Source of the DNA: an uncultured Rhodopirellula sp.
GTDB lineage: Bacteria; Planctomycetota; Planctomycetia; Pirellulales; Pirellulaceae
DNA: 50,704 nucleotides
Assembly: GCA_964007735.1 (NCBI GenBank)
Contig: CAXGAI010000033.1
Span: forward strand, 1-50,704
Direction of reading: 5' to 3'
Part shown: one piece after another, positions 19,753-29,371 of the stretch
Numbering within the stretch: position 1 is the stretch's first letter
How the letters are laid out: every line of letters starts with the position of its first letter
Position numbers and translations under genes: made by a program
Notes under the pieces: generated by a model
Seen by the model: the letters and a program-made list of their open reading frames with translations, nothing else
Told to the model about the DNA's origin: nothing
The model's database searches: none

Positions 19753-21576
19753 ATGAAACAGCAACTCTTCTCCTGCTGGTGTTGTTTGTTATTGACGGTT
19801 TGGAGTATATCGGTCGCAGCGGCTCAGGAGGAGTTTGAGGCTCAGCGAACGGTAATTTCGGCGTTGATCGAAAAACTGGGGAGCAGTGATTTTACGACCC
19901 GTGAACTTGCTCAGAGCAGATTAAGAGAATTGGGACTTGTTGCATTCGATCAATTGCACGAGGCGCAGACAGATAATGATATCGAAGTGGCGAAACGTGC
20001 CACTTATCTGATCCGCAGTTTGCAGGTGCAATGGTCTCTCCGAACAGACGCTCCGGAAGTACGGCGTTTGCTTGCAAAGTATGACGAGAAGAACCCCGCT
20101 GGACGCCGAAGTTTGATGGAACAGCTAGCTAGCTTGCCGGATAGCAAAGGGCTCGAGGCGTTGAGTCGGATGGTGCGATTTGAATCTGATGGACGACAAT
20201 CCCGTTATGCTGCCTTGCAATTGATGAAGATGGCAGTGCCGGAAGCAACGGAGCAGGAAGAAGCTTTTGCGACTCGATTACAGGAATTACATGCACTTAG
20301 CTCCCGGACCGCGGCGCGCTGGATGGAGGCTTATTCAAAGAGCCTGCTAGATGCTGAAGATTCACTCCCGTTATGGGATCAGGTAACTCGTAAAGAAGAA
20401 CAATTGTTAACAACCTTTCCCGGCCGAACCAGTCGCGGATTGGTACGTGATTTGTTACGACGGCAATTTGGGTTGTTACGACAACTGGAACGGCAGGAAG
20501 AGGCGGCTGTCGTTGCTCGACGAAGCGTGAATCTACTCGACGGTTCGCGAGAGCAACTGATTGAAGCGATCGATTGGTTTGCTAGTGAAAAAAGCTGGAA
20601 GTTTGCCGAAGTGATTGCGGATCGATTTCCCGTTGAGTTCCAGGAATATCCGGAATTGATGTATCGTTTAGCGGAGGCATTTTTGGAGGGCGGTGATGAA
20701 GAAAGGGCAAACCAGCAAGCTGCCATCGCCCTTGCCATTAATCCCGAGGATCTGGATGCGCATCTTACGCTTGCTTCCTTTCTTGCGAGTCGCCAACATC
20801 ATCGCTGGGCAATTGCTGAATACCAGCAGGGCATTCAACAGGCTCCGCTAGAGTCCGAGGTGGGCGTGCGTATGAGGATTCTGCTGGGTGAAATTTTTCA
20901 TGATTTAAGGCAAGATGATGACGCGCGCTTAGTCTTTGAACCTGTCGTTGAAAATCGTGAAAATGATGATCTCAAGCAGTCAGTGATACGATTTTATTCG
21001 CGGATGGAATCGTTTGTATCTAGGTATTGGTATTTCCGAGCCTGTGATCATGCCAGTCGGCAACAGTGGGACAAGCAACGTGAATGTCTGGAAGCAGGAT
21101 TTAACGAAGATTCGGATGATGGTGACATTCTTATTGCGATGTATCGTTTCAAGGAGTCGGATGAAGCCTTTCGGGCGAAGGCATTGGAAGCAATTCAAAG
21201 GTCGGTTACTTCTTACGAAGATCAGATCAAAGCGATTGAAGTGAAGATTAAGAACACATTGGATCGTCTAGAGAAGCAACGGTTACAGTGGGATTTAGCT
21301 CGGGCATTTAACCAATATGCCTGGCTTGTCTGTAATACAACTGGTGACTATCAAAAGGCAGTGGATTACAGTGTGAAGTCATTAGAGATCCGAAACTGGG
21401 AATCTGCGAGTTACCTTGATACTCTGGGGCACGCATATTTTGCTGCGAAAGACTTTGAGAATGCGGTCAAATATCAGCAGCAGGCTGTTGATAAAGACCC
21501 TGGAAGTGTAGGAATGCGTCGGCAGTTGAAAGTATTCCAAGATGCGTTGAATAAACAGCGGACCAATCAAGGTTAA
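19753..21576 (+). CDS. Secreted TPR/HEAT repeat protein
   Basis: Signal peptide ending AAA-Q; LIEKLGSSDFTTRELA; C-terminal TPR (NQYAWL...YLDTLGHAYFAAKDFENAVKYQQQAV). Start uncertain. Confidence 0.8.
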   Translation: MKQQLFSCWCCLLLTVWSISVAAAQEEFEAQRTVISALIEKLGSSDFTTRELAQSRLRELGLVAFDQLHEAQTDNDIEVAKRATYLIRSLQVQWSLRTDAPEVRRLLAKYDEKNPAGRRSLMEQLASLPDSKGLEALSRMVRFESDGRQSRYAALQLMKMAVPEATEQEEAFATRLQELHALSSRTAARWMEAYSKSLLDAEDSLPLWDQVTRKEEQLLTTFPGRTSRGLVRDLLRRQFGLLRQLERQEEAAVVARRSVNLLDGSREQLIEAIDWFASEKSWKFAEVIADRFPVEFQEYPELMYRLAEAFLEGGDEERANQQAAIALAINPEDLDAHLTLASFLASRQHHRWAIAEYQQGIQQAPLESEVGVRMRILLGEIFHDLRQDDDARLVFEPVVENRENDDLKQSVIRFYSRMESFVSRYWYFRACDHASRQQWDKQRECLEAGFNEDSDDGDILIAMYRFKESDEAFRAKALEAIQRSVTSYEDQIKAIEVKIKNTLDRLEKQRLQWDLARAFNQYAWLVCNTTGDYQKAVDYSVKSLEIRNWESASYLDTLGHAYFAAKDFENAVKYQQQAVDKDPGSVGMRRQLKVFQDALNKQRTNQG

Positions 21577-21641
21577 GTTGACAACTTTCTAGTCGATGGA
21601 GTTAGCTTAGCGAAGCCCGGCCTTTTAAGTGAATTATCGTT

Positions 21642-22370
21642 TTGCCGTCTGGTTTAACTACCTACATCGAAGAGTCGAAGACACCGCTTTCCAATCTGGT
21701 GTTTTATATGCCGTGGCTCATCCTTTACGAACTTGGTCTGTGGCTGAGTGGTGACCCATATCGGAATCTCGCAGATACCTGGTTACGCAACCTATTGCAG
21801 TGGGCAGGCTTCAGCCAATATTTCCTGCTTCCCCTTTTGTCGTGTGCCATCCTGCTTGCTTGGCATCATATTTCTAAGCAGGAATGGAAGATTCATTGGC
21901 ATTGTTTGCCAGGAATGTTTTTAGAGTGCATAGCCTATACAGCGTTATTGATTTGTGTTTTTCGTATGCAGCATGTGTTGATTAGTGTGGTTGATCAACT
22001 TTCTGATAGCCCGACGGCGGTAATATGGGATAAAGAAGTAGGATGGTCCTCGAATGTACACTTGTTGCTGATGTTGATAGGAGCTGGGATTTATGAGGAG
22101 CTTTTTTTCCGGTTGCTGTTGTTGCCCGTAATGGTGTGGGCTTTATTACGGATCGAATTGAAGGACTGGCTTGCTTATACGCTGGGTGTTGTGCTGGTAA
22201 GCCTGGTGTTTTCGGCCGCTCATTCGATTGGGGCTGATCAGAATTGGTTTACGTTTGCGTTTCGGTTTTTGGTGGGCCTGATCTTAGGGACCATATTTTT
22301 GAAACGCGGCTTCGGCGTCGCTGTTGGTGCTCACGCACTCTACAACGTTACTGTCGCCTTACTGTATTAA
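21642..22370 (+). CDS. CPBP/Abi-family intramembrane glutamic endopeptidase
   Basis: EELFFR, FSAAH and HALYN motifs; multiple TM helices. Confidence 0.88.
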   Translation: MPSGLTTYIEESKTPLSNLVFYMPWLILYELGLWLSGDPYRNLADTWLRNLLQWAGFSQYFLLPLLSCAILLAWHHISKQEWKIHWHCLPGMFLECIAYTALLICVFRMQHVLISVVDQLSDSPTAVIWDKEVGWSSNVHLLLMLIGAGIYEELFFRLLLLPVMVWALLRIELKDWLAYTLGVVLVSLVFSAAHSIGADQNWFTFAFRFLVGLILGTIFLKRGFGVAVGAHALYNVTVALLY

Positions 22371-22385
22371 GTTTTGTAAAGATAC

Positions 22386-22919
22386 TTAAACGCGGAAGAC
22401 AGATTGGCTTTTGATAATGGCAAGGTCATCCGGAAAAGTGTGAAACGCCTGTACTAGCAAGCTGCTTTGACGGGTTTCCAGATTGATATAACTCATTGCT
22501 CCTGTTGCCATACGGCCATTGTTATTAAAGAAGTGGGCCATCCCACGAAGTTCGCTGTCCTGACTTAATTCTTGTTGGAATGACCAGAAAATTTCCTGCG
22601 GAACCAATTCCAGCTGGAAACTTGTCTGGTATTCGATACCCCGACAATTGAGAACCTCATTGCGTTCCCCGGCAATGGGGTGAGCAAGCAGTCTTCGCCG
22701 CTGTGGCAAAGGTTGAGACTGTGCCGAGGCGACTTCTGCAATCGTAATGCCATTGTGGTTGAAAGTGATCACATGCCCGTCTCGAGTTATGTTGACTTTG
22801 GCTTGATAACTGCCGCGCTCGATTTGACGACTCTGGAAAACTTCGAAGAGTTCCGGGTGGAGAGGGCGAGAGAAGAGTTGAAATGTAAGTTCTTTGACTT
22901 TCGGTCTTAATGAAAGCAC
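22386..22919 (-). CDS. DUF2617 family protein
   Basis: RPLHPELF near the N-terminus and FHTFPDDLAIIKSQSVF at the C-terminus. GTG 22919 is the likely start. Confidence 0.8.
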   Translation of the reverse strand: MLSLRPKVKELTFQLFSRPLHPELFEVFQSRQIERGSYQAKVNITRDGHVITFNHNGITIAEVASAQSQPLPQRRRLLAHPIAGERNEVLNCRGIEYQTSFQLELVPQEIFWSFQQELSQDSELRGMAHFFNNNGRMATGAMSYINLETRQSSLLVQAFHTFPDDLAIIKSQSVFRV

Positions 22920-23141
22920 ACCGAGGTTCCCGTATTTGTAATCTCGCCAACTGATAAGTGAATGACGAAGATGTAATTTACATTGTTTTAGGCTCTGCAA
23001 AGTACGTCGATCCGTGAGCTTCAACGACCTTGGTCAGTTCCATGAAGAGCTTATTATATTAATTTCATCAGCGCATAACATAGAATCTTGCCCGTAATTT
23101 CTGAGGTTCAAGCAAATTATTTGAAAAGAGATTTCAAATCG

Positions 23142-23957
23142 CTAGCAAGATGAGTCTGTTTGCTTAAGGAACTGCCGAATGAGGTTGTTGACTGCCTGTG
23201 GATGCTCTAGTGGCGCCATGTGTCCTACGTTTTCAATAATTTTGATTGTTGCATTGGGCATAGCATCAGCAATGACCCGCATTTCGTCGGCTGGGCTGAT
23301 TGCGTCGTGTTCACCACAGATAAGCAGAGTGGGAATATTAATATCCGGTAGCCAGTCGTTAGCATTAGCACGGTTGGCAAGCGCCAATTGAGTTTCAGCG
23401 ATCATTTGGTAATCGTTCTCGGCAATGACGCCACGTAATTGGGCCACCCGTTCCGGAACAGCTTGAGCAGAGTGTTCACTAAATAATTTGGGAATCATAC
23501 CATCGGCTGCTAGCGCGCTACCATTAGGTCCCTGTTCTGTGATTCGCTTTGCCATTTGCCGTCTTCCGCGAGCTACTAGTTCAGTATCTCCAATGCTTCG
23601 TGTATCACATTGAATGAGGCGGCAAATACGTTCCGGAAAGTTCTTCCAGAATTCCCATCCGATATATCCTCCCATGGATAGGCCGCAATAGGTTACTGGG
23701 TCAAAGATTCCCAGTGCATCAAGAAGGCCCGATAAGTCATCAGCAAACTGCTTCATGGAAATCGGAGCCGTTCCCCGAGTTGTTTGTCCGAAACCTCGCA
23801 GGTCCGGCGCGATGACCTGATACTCGGTAGCGAGAACTTCGAATTGAAATCGCCACATGGAGTGATCCAGTGGGAAGCCATGAGTAAGGAGTAGTGGTTT
23901 CCCCCGCCCCCGAATCTGGTAGGCAACATTGATATCGTTAACGCGAGTCCGCAGCAT
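23142..23957 (-). CDS. Alpha/beta hydrolase (PcaD-like)
   Basis: HGFPLD, PDLRGFG, nucleophile GLSMGG, GEHD, GHMAPLE. Confidence 0.9.
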   Translation of the reverse strand: MLRTRVNDINVAYQIRGRGKPLLLTHGFPLDHSMWRFQFEVLATEYQVIAPDLRGFGQTTRGTAPISMKQFADDLSGLLDALGIFDPVTYCGLSMGGYIGWEFWKNFPERICRLIQCDTRSIGDTELVARGRRQMAKRITEQGPNGSALAADGMIPKLFSEHSAQAVPERVAQLRGVIAENDYQMIAETQLALANRANANDWLPDINIPTLLICGEHDAISPADEMRVIADAMPNATIKIIENVGHMAPLEHPQAVNNLIRQFLKQTDSSC

Positions 23958-24480
23958 TGATTCGTCTTCTGGCAAAGATAGCCATGGCCATCAGAACAAT
24001 TCCCAGGCCTACTACCCCTAATTCTACATAGGCATAGAAATGCAGCGAGTTATATTCCTTTTGACGGGCCTGAAAATCATCTTCCTGTTGCTCACCTAGA
24101 CCGATACCACGAATAAGTCGCCACTGCTCGATGGCAACCAGAGGCGGCATTTGGTCGATGACCGCGTTTCCATACAGAATTGTTGCTTCAGTATGGTCTG
24201 TCATATCAATCTGGCGGGCCTGAAAAAAATGGTAAAGCGCTAGGCTCATGCCAAGGGCGATACAGATACTACCCAATCCGAACAGGATACCGTTACCTTT
24301 GTCCCATGCGAGTTCGACAGACTTGTTTTGGTCTGGAGCAAGCGGTAGATCGCGAATTTCGCTGAGGTTAGGAACTACGGTTTCCAGCTGACATTCAGCA
24401 CAGGCTAGGGTCTTTCCGGCATCGATTGTTGAGATGCGGAAGTTTGCGCCACATTTACATAATAGTACGTAGTATGCCAT
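23938..24480 (-). CDS. Hypothetical zinc-ribbon membrane protein
   Basis: N-terminal CKCG...CAEC followed by two TM helices. Confidence 0.7.
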   Translation of the reverse strand: MAYYVLLCKCGANFRISTIDAGKTLACAECQLETVVPNLSEIRDLPLAPDQNKSVELAWDKGNGILFGLGSICIALGMSLALYHFFQARQIDMTDHTEATILYGNAVIDQMPPLVAIEQWRLIRGIGLGEQQEDDFQARQKEYNSLHFYAYVELGVVGLGIVLMAMAIFARRRINAADSR

Positions 24481-24521
24481 GAGTTCTCTAGGACGATTAT
24501 AAGTGTATTAGGTAAGGATAT

Positions 24522-25316
24522 TTAGTCAGACGGTGCGGCTGAACCTCGGGCCGCCCACCACGGGAGGCTGATGCCCCCGTCGACAAGTAATGTAGCACCG
24601 GTCATATATTCATGTTGAGGATCGCTAAGGAAGAGAATGGCACGGGCGATTTCCTGCGCGTTACCCAGTCGGCCCAGAGGGATTTTAGCACCGGCTTTTT
24701 CCAGCGTTTCTTCTGTCGCAAATTTCCGTTCGCCGGGCGTATCGATCCATCCGGGTTGAATCATATTGATCCGAATGTTGTGTTCAGCTACTTCAATGGC
24801 GGCAGTACGGGCCATGTGTTCGAGTGCCGCTTTGGACATATTATACGCCATCGCTCGTGGAGCCGGAATAAAAGCATGCGGTGAGCTCACAAGTGTGATG
24901 ATGCCACCCTCACCTTGAGTAATCATTTGCTGAGTAGCAACTCGCGTCAGATAAAAGGCTCCCCACATCGTAACGTCCACAGTACGACGAAAACCTTCCA
25001 TGTCGGCTTGATAGAACAATTCTCGGTCACTGTAAGCAGCGTTGCTGACCGCTATATCAAGCCGACCAAATTCACAAACAGCCTTGTCTACAAGTGCTTT
25101 GACTGACTCCAGATTTGCTACATCCGCCTGATGGGCAATGGCTTGACCTCCGGCCTTTTCGATCTCTGAAACAACTTCAGCTGCCTGATCTTCATGAGAC
25201 CGATAGTTTACAATCACACTGGCTCCTGCCTTACCAAAGGCAAGAGCTGAGGCGCGGCCGATTCCTAGGCTTGCGCCGGTAACTACCACAACTTTGTTCG
25301 ATAAATCCGTACTCAT
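24522..25316 (-). CDS. Short-chain dehydrogenase/reductase (FabG/glucose-1-dehydrogenase-like)
   Basis: TGASLGIG, SNA, YNMSK catalytic motif, PGWIDT, VDGG. Confidence 0.93.
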   Translation of the reverse strand: MSTDLSNKVVVVTGASLGIGRASALAFGKAGASVIVNYRSHEDQAAEVVSEIEKAGGQAIAHQADVANLESVKALVDKAVCEFGRLDIAVSNAAYSDRELFYQADMEGFRRTVDVTMWGAFYLTRVATQQMITQGEGGIITLVSSPHAFIPAPRAMAYNMSKAALEHMARTAAIEVAEHNIRINMIQPGWIDTPGERKFATEETLEKAGAKIPLGRLGNAQEIARAILFLSDPQHEYMTGATLLVDGGISLPWWAARGSAAPSD

Positions 25317-26273
25317 AGAAGTGCTCTTCCGTTGAAAATGCTAGGTACTGGAAGTATGCCACTTATTTCCTGTCAGGCTATCTAATTCTTACGTAGAACT
25401 GTTGAAGTTGGCTCATGATTCTCGCTGAAATCGCCGGAAGTTTTCAGTATTCTGCTGAAAAGGGCGCCTTGGTTCTAACACCATTGGTACCTGTATATGA
25501 TATCTGGAGAAAGTTTGTCAGGCTCTTTGTAGGTGGTCCAGAGAAGGGACGAAACAGAGTTTGCCAGCTAGTTGAAAGTCGGGTTGGTCATGTTATAAGG
25601 ATTCTCAGGATTCCTCTGACTTTGAGACTAGACCCTTCATATGACGTAGTTAAAATTAACGTCATAACGGTGGCTCAGTTTTACCAACTTTGAAGGTGAT
25701 TGAGCTTAGCAGCGAGACATTTGATCTGAACTGACACGAAGAAAGTATTTGGATCGAGTTTATCAAAGCTAAAAATCATAATCTGGGGATTCCGGATTGT
25801 GGATCCGCGAGTGAGGTTAAACCGTTCGCTAATCCTGATTGGGTATTAGGCTTTGCGAATGTTTAACCTGACCGAATTAGCAAGCTAATCGGGCTGAACG
25901 TTTTGTTACGGGGCAGTTTCGATGTTAGGCCAGTTTAATTTGGTTGAGATGTTTTGCGGGAATTACCACCTATGCGAACTGATGGTAGCATAGCATCATG
26001 TTCAACAGGGAGCCGACGGTGAAATGCCGGCGCTTTATTGAACTTTGCAGGTGTCAGATCGCACACTGACCTAGTCAGTGAAGAGTTGAGTTTCGAGAGA
26101 GCTGAACTCCGTTGGATGTCGTCCAACCCGGTAGCAAATGGATTTTCTACTTTGACGACCTTGTAGGCACGAGATATGATTGCTCGAGCATAGTCCGACA
26201 CCCGATGGTGAATATGGCCATAGAGTGCCATTGGTCAAATCCGAGAAAATATTAGACAACACAAGAGTAACGT

Positions 26274-27830
26274 ATGAGCAAATACGATCCACTTCTTGAT
26301 GATTTTGAAGAAGATAGTGAAGTAACCGTTTCCAGCGGATTCAAAAAAAACACGGGCAAATCTGATGGTGAAAATCAGAAGGCTTCAGCCAGCAAAACCG
26401 TGCCGGGTGAAGACACCAAGGAACCCAATGATGATGAACTGGAGGAGGTGGAAGAGCAGGAGTCCTGGTCTGATGACCCGGTTCGAATGTACCTCACTCA
26501 GATGGGTGAAATCCCACTTCTAACTCGTGTCGAAGAAATTCGACTGGCGAAACGCATCGAAGACACTCGCCGGGATTTTCGAGCGAAACTGCTCGAGTCC
26601 GATTACGTTTTCCAAATGGCGTTCAAAATTCTCCGCCGAGTGCACCTTGGTGAGTTGCCATTTGACCGGACGGTTCAGGTTTCTGTAACCGATCGTCTGG
26701 AAAAAGAACAAATCATGGGGCGTATGCCGGGCAACCTCGATGTAGTCGAGACTTTGCTTCGACAGAATAAACGCGACTTTCGAGTAGCAGTGAGTAAGTC
26801 GTTTTCTAAGTCCGAGCGTCGTGAAGCCTGGAAGAATCTGGGCCGCCGGCGTCGCCGTTGTGTACGTCTGGTCGAAGAACTGGGCCTACGTACTCAGCGT
26901 ATTGAGCCAATGATTAACACGCTAAATGATTTTAGCGAGTGTATTGACAAGCTATTGGCTGATATTCAGGAAGCTAAAGAGAGTAAAGATCATCACCGGA
27001 AACGGGATCTGTTGTCACAATATCGCAACATCATGCTGGCGATTCAGGAAACTCCAACGAGTCTTCGCAATCGGGTGAAGTATCTAAATACAGTTTATGC
27101 CGAATACCAACAGGCGAAACGGGAATTGTCAGAAGGTAACCTCCGACTTGTTGTTTCGATCGCGAAGAAATATCGTAACCGTGGGTTGAGTTTTCTTGAT
27201 TTGATTCAGGAAGGCAATGCTGGTTTGATGCGTGCGGTCGATAAGTTTGAGTATCGTCGCGGATTTAAATTTTGCACTTATGCCACCTGGTGGATTCGTC
27301 AGGCGATTACCAGAGCGGTCGCCGATCAAAGTCGGACCATTCGTATTCCGGTACATATGGTGGAAACCATGTCTCGAGTACGTAACGTATCTCGACAACT
27401 GGTGCAGGAACTTGGGCGTGAGCCAACATTGGAAGAGACGGCACGTCGGGCTGAAACGACCGTTGAAGAAGCACGTCGTGTGCTGGCAATGAGTCGTTAT
27501 CCCATCAGCCTCGATCGTCCGGTTGGGAATAGTGAAGATAGCCAGTTTGGTGATCTGCTGCCCGACGGTGATGCTGAGAGCCCTGCGTCCGGAGCGTCTC
27601 AGGAAATGCTTCGCGATCGAATTGGCCGAGTGTTAAAGACTTTAAGTTATCGGGAACGTGAGATTATTAAATTGCGTTACGGTTTAGGTGATGGTTATAG
27701 CTACACCCTGGAAGAAGTGGGACACATCTTTAAGGTCACTCGAGAGCGTATTCGTCAGATCGAGGCAAAAGCTGTTCGAAAATTGCAGCAGCCAAGTCGA
27801 AGTCAGGAACTTGTCGGCTTTCTCGACTAA
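26274..27830 (+). CDS. rpoD: Sigma-70 family RNA polymerase sigma factor, RpoD-like
   Basis: Region 1.2 [11 protein letters not shown], region 2 [37 protein letters not shown], region 4 [19 protein letters not shown]. Could be a paralogue of the primary sigma. Confidence 0.9.
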   Translation: MSKYDPLLDDFEEDSEVTVSSGFKKNTGKSDGENQKASASKTVPGEDTKEPNDDELEEVEEQESWSDDPVRMYLTQMGEIPLLTRVEEIRLAKRIEDTRRDFRAKLLESDYVFQMAFKILRRVHLGELPFDRTVQVSVTDRLEKEQIMGRMPGNLDVVETLLRQNKRDFRVAVSKSFSKSERREAWKNLGRRRRRCVRLVEELGLRTQRIEPMINTLNDFSECIDKLLADIQEAKESKDHHRKRDLLSQYRNIMLAIQETPTSLRNRVKYLNTVYAEYQQAKRELSEGNLRLVVSIAKKYRNRGLSFLDLIQEGNAGLMRAVDKFEYRRGFKFCTYATWWIRQAITRAVADQSRTIRIPVHMVETMSRVRNVSRQLVQELGREPTLEETARRAETTVEEARRVLAMSRYPISLDRPVGNSEDSQFGDLLPDGDAESPASGASQEMLRDRIGRVLKTLSYREREIIKLRYGLGDGYSYTLEEVGHIFKVTRERIRQIEAKAVRKLQQPSRSQELVGFLD

Positions 27831-27854
27831 ATCGCAATCTAGTCCACTTACATC

Positions 27855-27886
27855 ACGCGAGTTGGAGACAACTCGCGTTTTTTATT
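27855..27886 (+). terminator. Rho-independent terminator after sigma factor
   Basis: Perfect 10-bp stem ACGCGAGTTG-GAGA-CAACTCGCGT followed by TTTTTATT. Confidence 0.9.
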
Positions 27887-27895
27887 GGGTTGGGA

Positions 27896-29365
27896 TTAGA
27901 CTTTCACGTTTTGGGCAATGACTTTACCTACTAATCGACCACTGGTCATGGCCCAGGCAATGTGACACCCATGGCTCCAAAGGATCATACCGTTAAGGCC
28001 GCACTGGCCCACGGCATAAAGTCCGTCGATGACACTATTGTCTTCTCTCAAAACCTGTAAATCCGCATTAATGGATGGACTGCCTTCGGTTGTGGTGAAA
28101 TAGGATTTGACTGGTCCCAGCAAAACCCACGGGCCCAGAGTCTCATTGAAAGCCTCGTTGACAGTGTTTGTTAGGCGTTTGCGGTTGATATGCTTTGTCT
28201 TAGCGAGGTCGGCGAGCGTGTGGAATTTAGTACAGATATCAGGACGTAAGCGGAGGTAGTCGTCGGTGTACGCATAAGCTATGTCCGGTGCCGTGGAAAT
28301 AAAATGGGGCCACTGTGAAAATTTGCTGACTTGTAGGGGGCCCATTAGGATATAGGCCTGCTTGTTGGTTTGGTTTGAGACGGCAATGTTTCGTGTTGTC
28401 GCGTCCTTCTCATTGCAAAAGCGTTCCCCGTTTTCATTAATCAGGACTGCTCCCTGCTCAAATAATGCGTCTTCAGGATGTTGCCAGGTGACCAACAGGC
28501 GTTTGATAATGGTTTGGAATATCCACTCGGGTAAACCCCGAGCAATCCAGTGTTGTAATTTTGCCAGCGGCCCAGTCGTTGGAAGCCACTGTTGAAATGG
28601 GCGTCGAGCGGTGGCGATGAATCGGAGTTCCGGTCCATACGTGATATCCATGTTGATTAGTTTTGCACCAACGCTTTCAGCCAAGAGATGCCCAAGACCT
28701 CTCGCATGAGGATTGATCCCCTCAATATTCTCATAACCAGGGCCTTTGAAGCGCTTGATTAGTTCCGGATTGTTGGCGTAGTCACCGGCAGCCAGCACGA
28801 CGCCATATTTAGCCCGCCTTGTTTGCAATGATCCGCTGCCATTTTCGTATTCGACTCCCGAAACACAACGTCCGTTGGTTAATAGTCGTTGAACGGTGGC
28901 GTTAGGTAGTATTTTTACACCTAGCTTTCTTGCGGCTAATTGTAATCTTGCAATATACGCTTTGGCTCCGGGAATCACGTTGTGCATGCGGGGCTGCGTA
29001 TTAGGCGGCTCGGCAGCTGGCCCGACAAACTGAATTCCATGTGTCTGTAGCCAACTCAGAGTTTTTGCTGCATGGTTAGTAAACAACGTGCGTTGAGTCT
29101 CGTTGTTGTGGCTCTCGATTTCAGCGGGGGCGAAGCTGACAAGATCTAATGCATGCAGATCGGCGGAATCTTCAATGCCTTGTTGGCGCTGAAATTCAGT
29201 CGCTGCAGCAGTAAAGGAACCGACAGCGATCCCGGTGGTTCCGCCTGGCTGAGCACATGCTTCCAACACAAGTACGGAGAGCCCATTTTCGGCACAGGAA
29301 ACTGCCGCAGCTAAGCCACTGCCACCGGCCCCGACAATGACGACGTCTGGATGATTGCTTGACAT
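27896..29365 (-). CDS. FAD-dependent oxidoreductase (FAD_binding_2; fumarate reductase/3-ketosteroid dehydrogenase-like)
   Basis: DVVIVGAGGSGLAAA, GGTT, VVLAAGDY, NENGERFCNE, IDGLYAVG, AMTSGRLVG. Confidence 0.85.
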   Translation of the reverse strand: MSSNHPDVVIVGAGGSGLAAAVSCAENGLSVLVLEACAQPGGTTGIAVGSFTAAATEFQRQQGIEDSADLHALDLVSFAPAEIESHNNETQRTLFTNHAAKTLSWLQTHGIQFVGPAAEPPNTQPRMHNVIPGAKAYIARLQLAARKLGVKILPNATVQRLLTNGRCVSGVEYENGSGSLQTRRAKYGVVLAAGDYANNPELIKRFKGPGYENIEGINPHARGLGHLLAESVGAKLINMDITYGPELRFIATARRPFQQWLPTTGPLAKLQHWIARGLPEWIFQTIIKRLLVTWQHPEDALFEQGAVLINENGERFCNEKDATTRNIAVSNQTNKQAYILMGPLQVSKFSQWPHFISTAPDIAYAYTDDYLRLRPDICTKFHTLADLAKTKHINRKRLTNTVNEAFNETLGPWVLLGPVKSYFTTTEGSPSINADLQVLREDNSVIDGLYAVGQCGLNGMILWSHGCHIAWAMTSGRLVGKVIAQNVKV

Positions 29366-29371
29366 CGATCC

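Noticed and set aside
25317..26273. tRNA, tmRNA, RNase P or SRP RNA, or the ORFs 25415-25693, 25935-26231 and 26071-26292 as genes
   Set aside because: No T-arm/CCA end, GAGGAAAGTCC or SRP loop motif seen. The ORFs lack convincing RBS or protein-like motifs.
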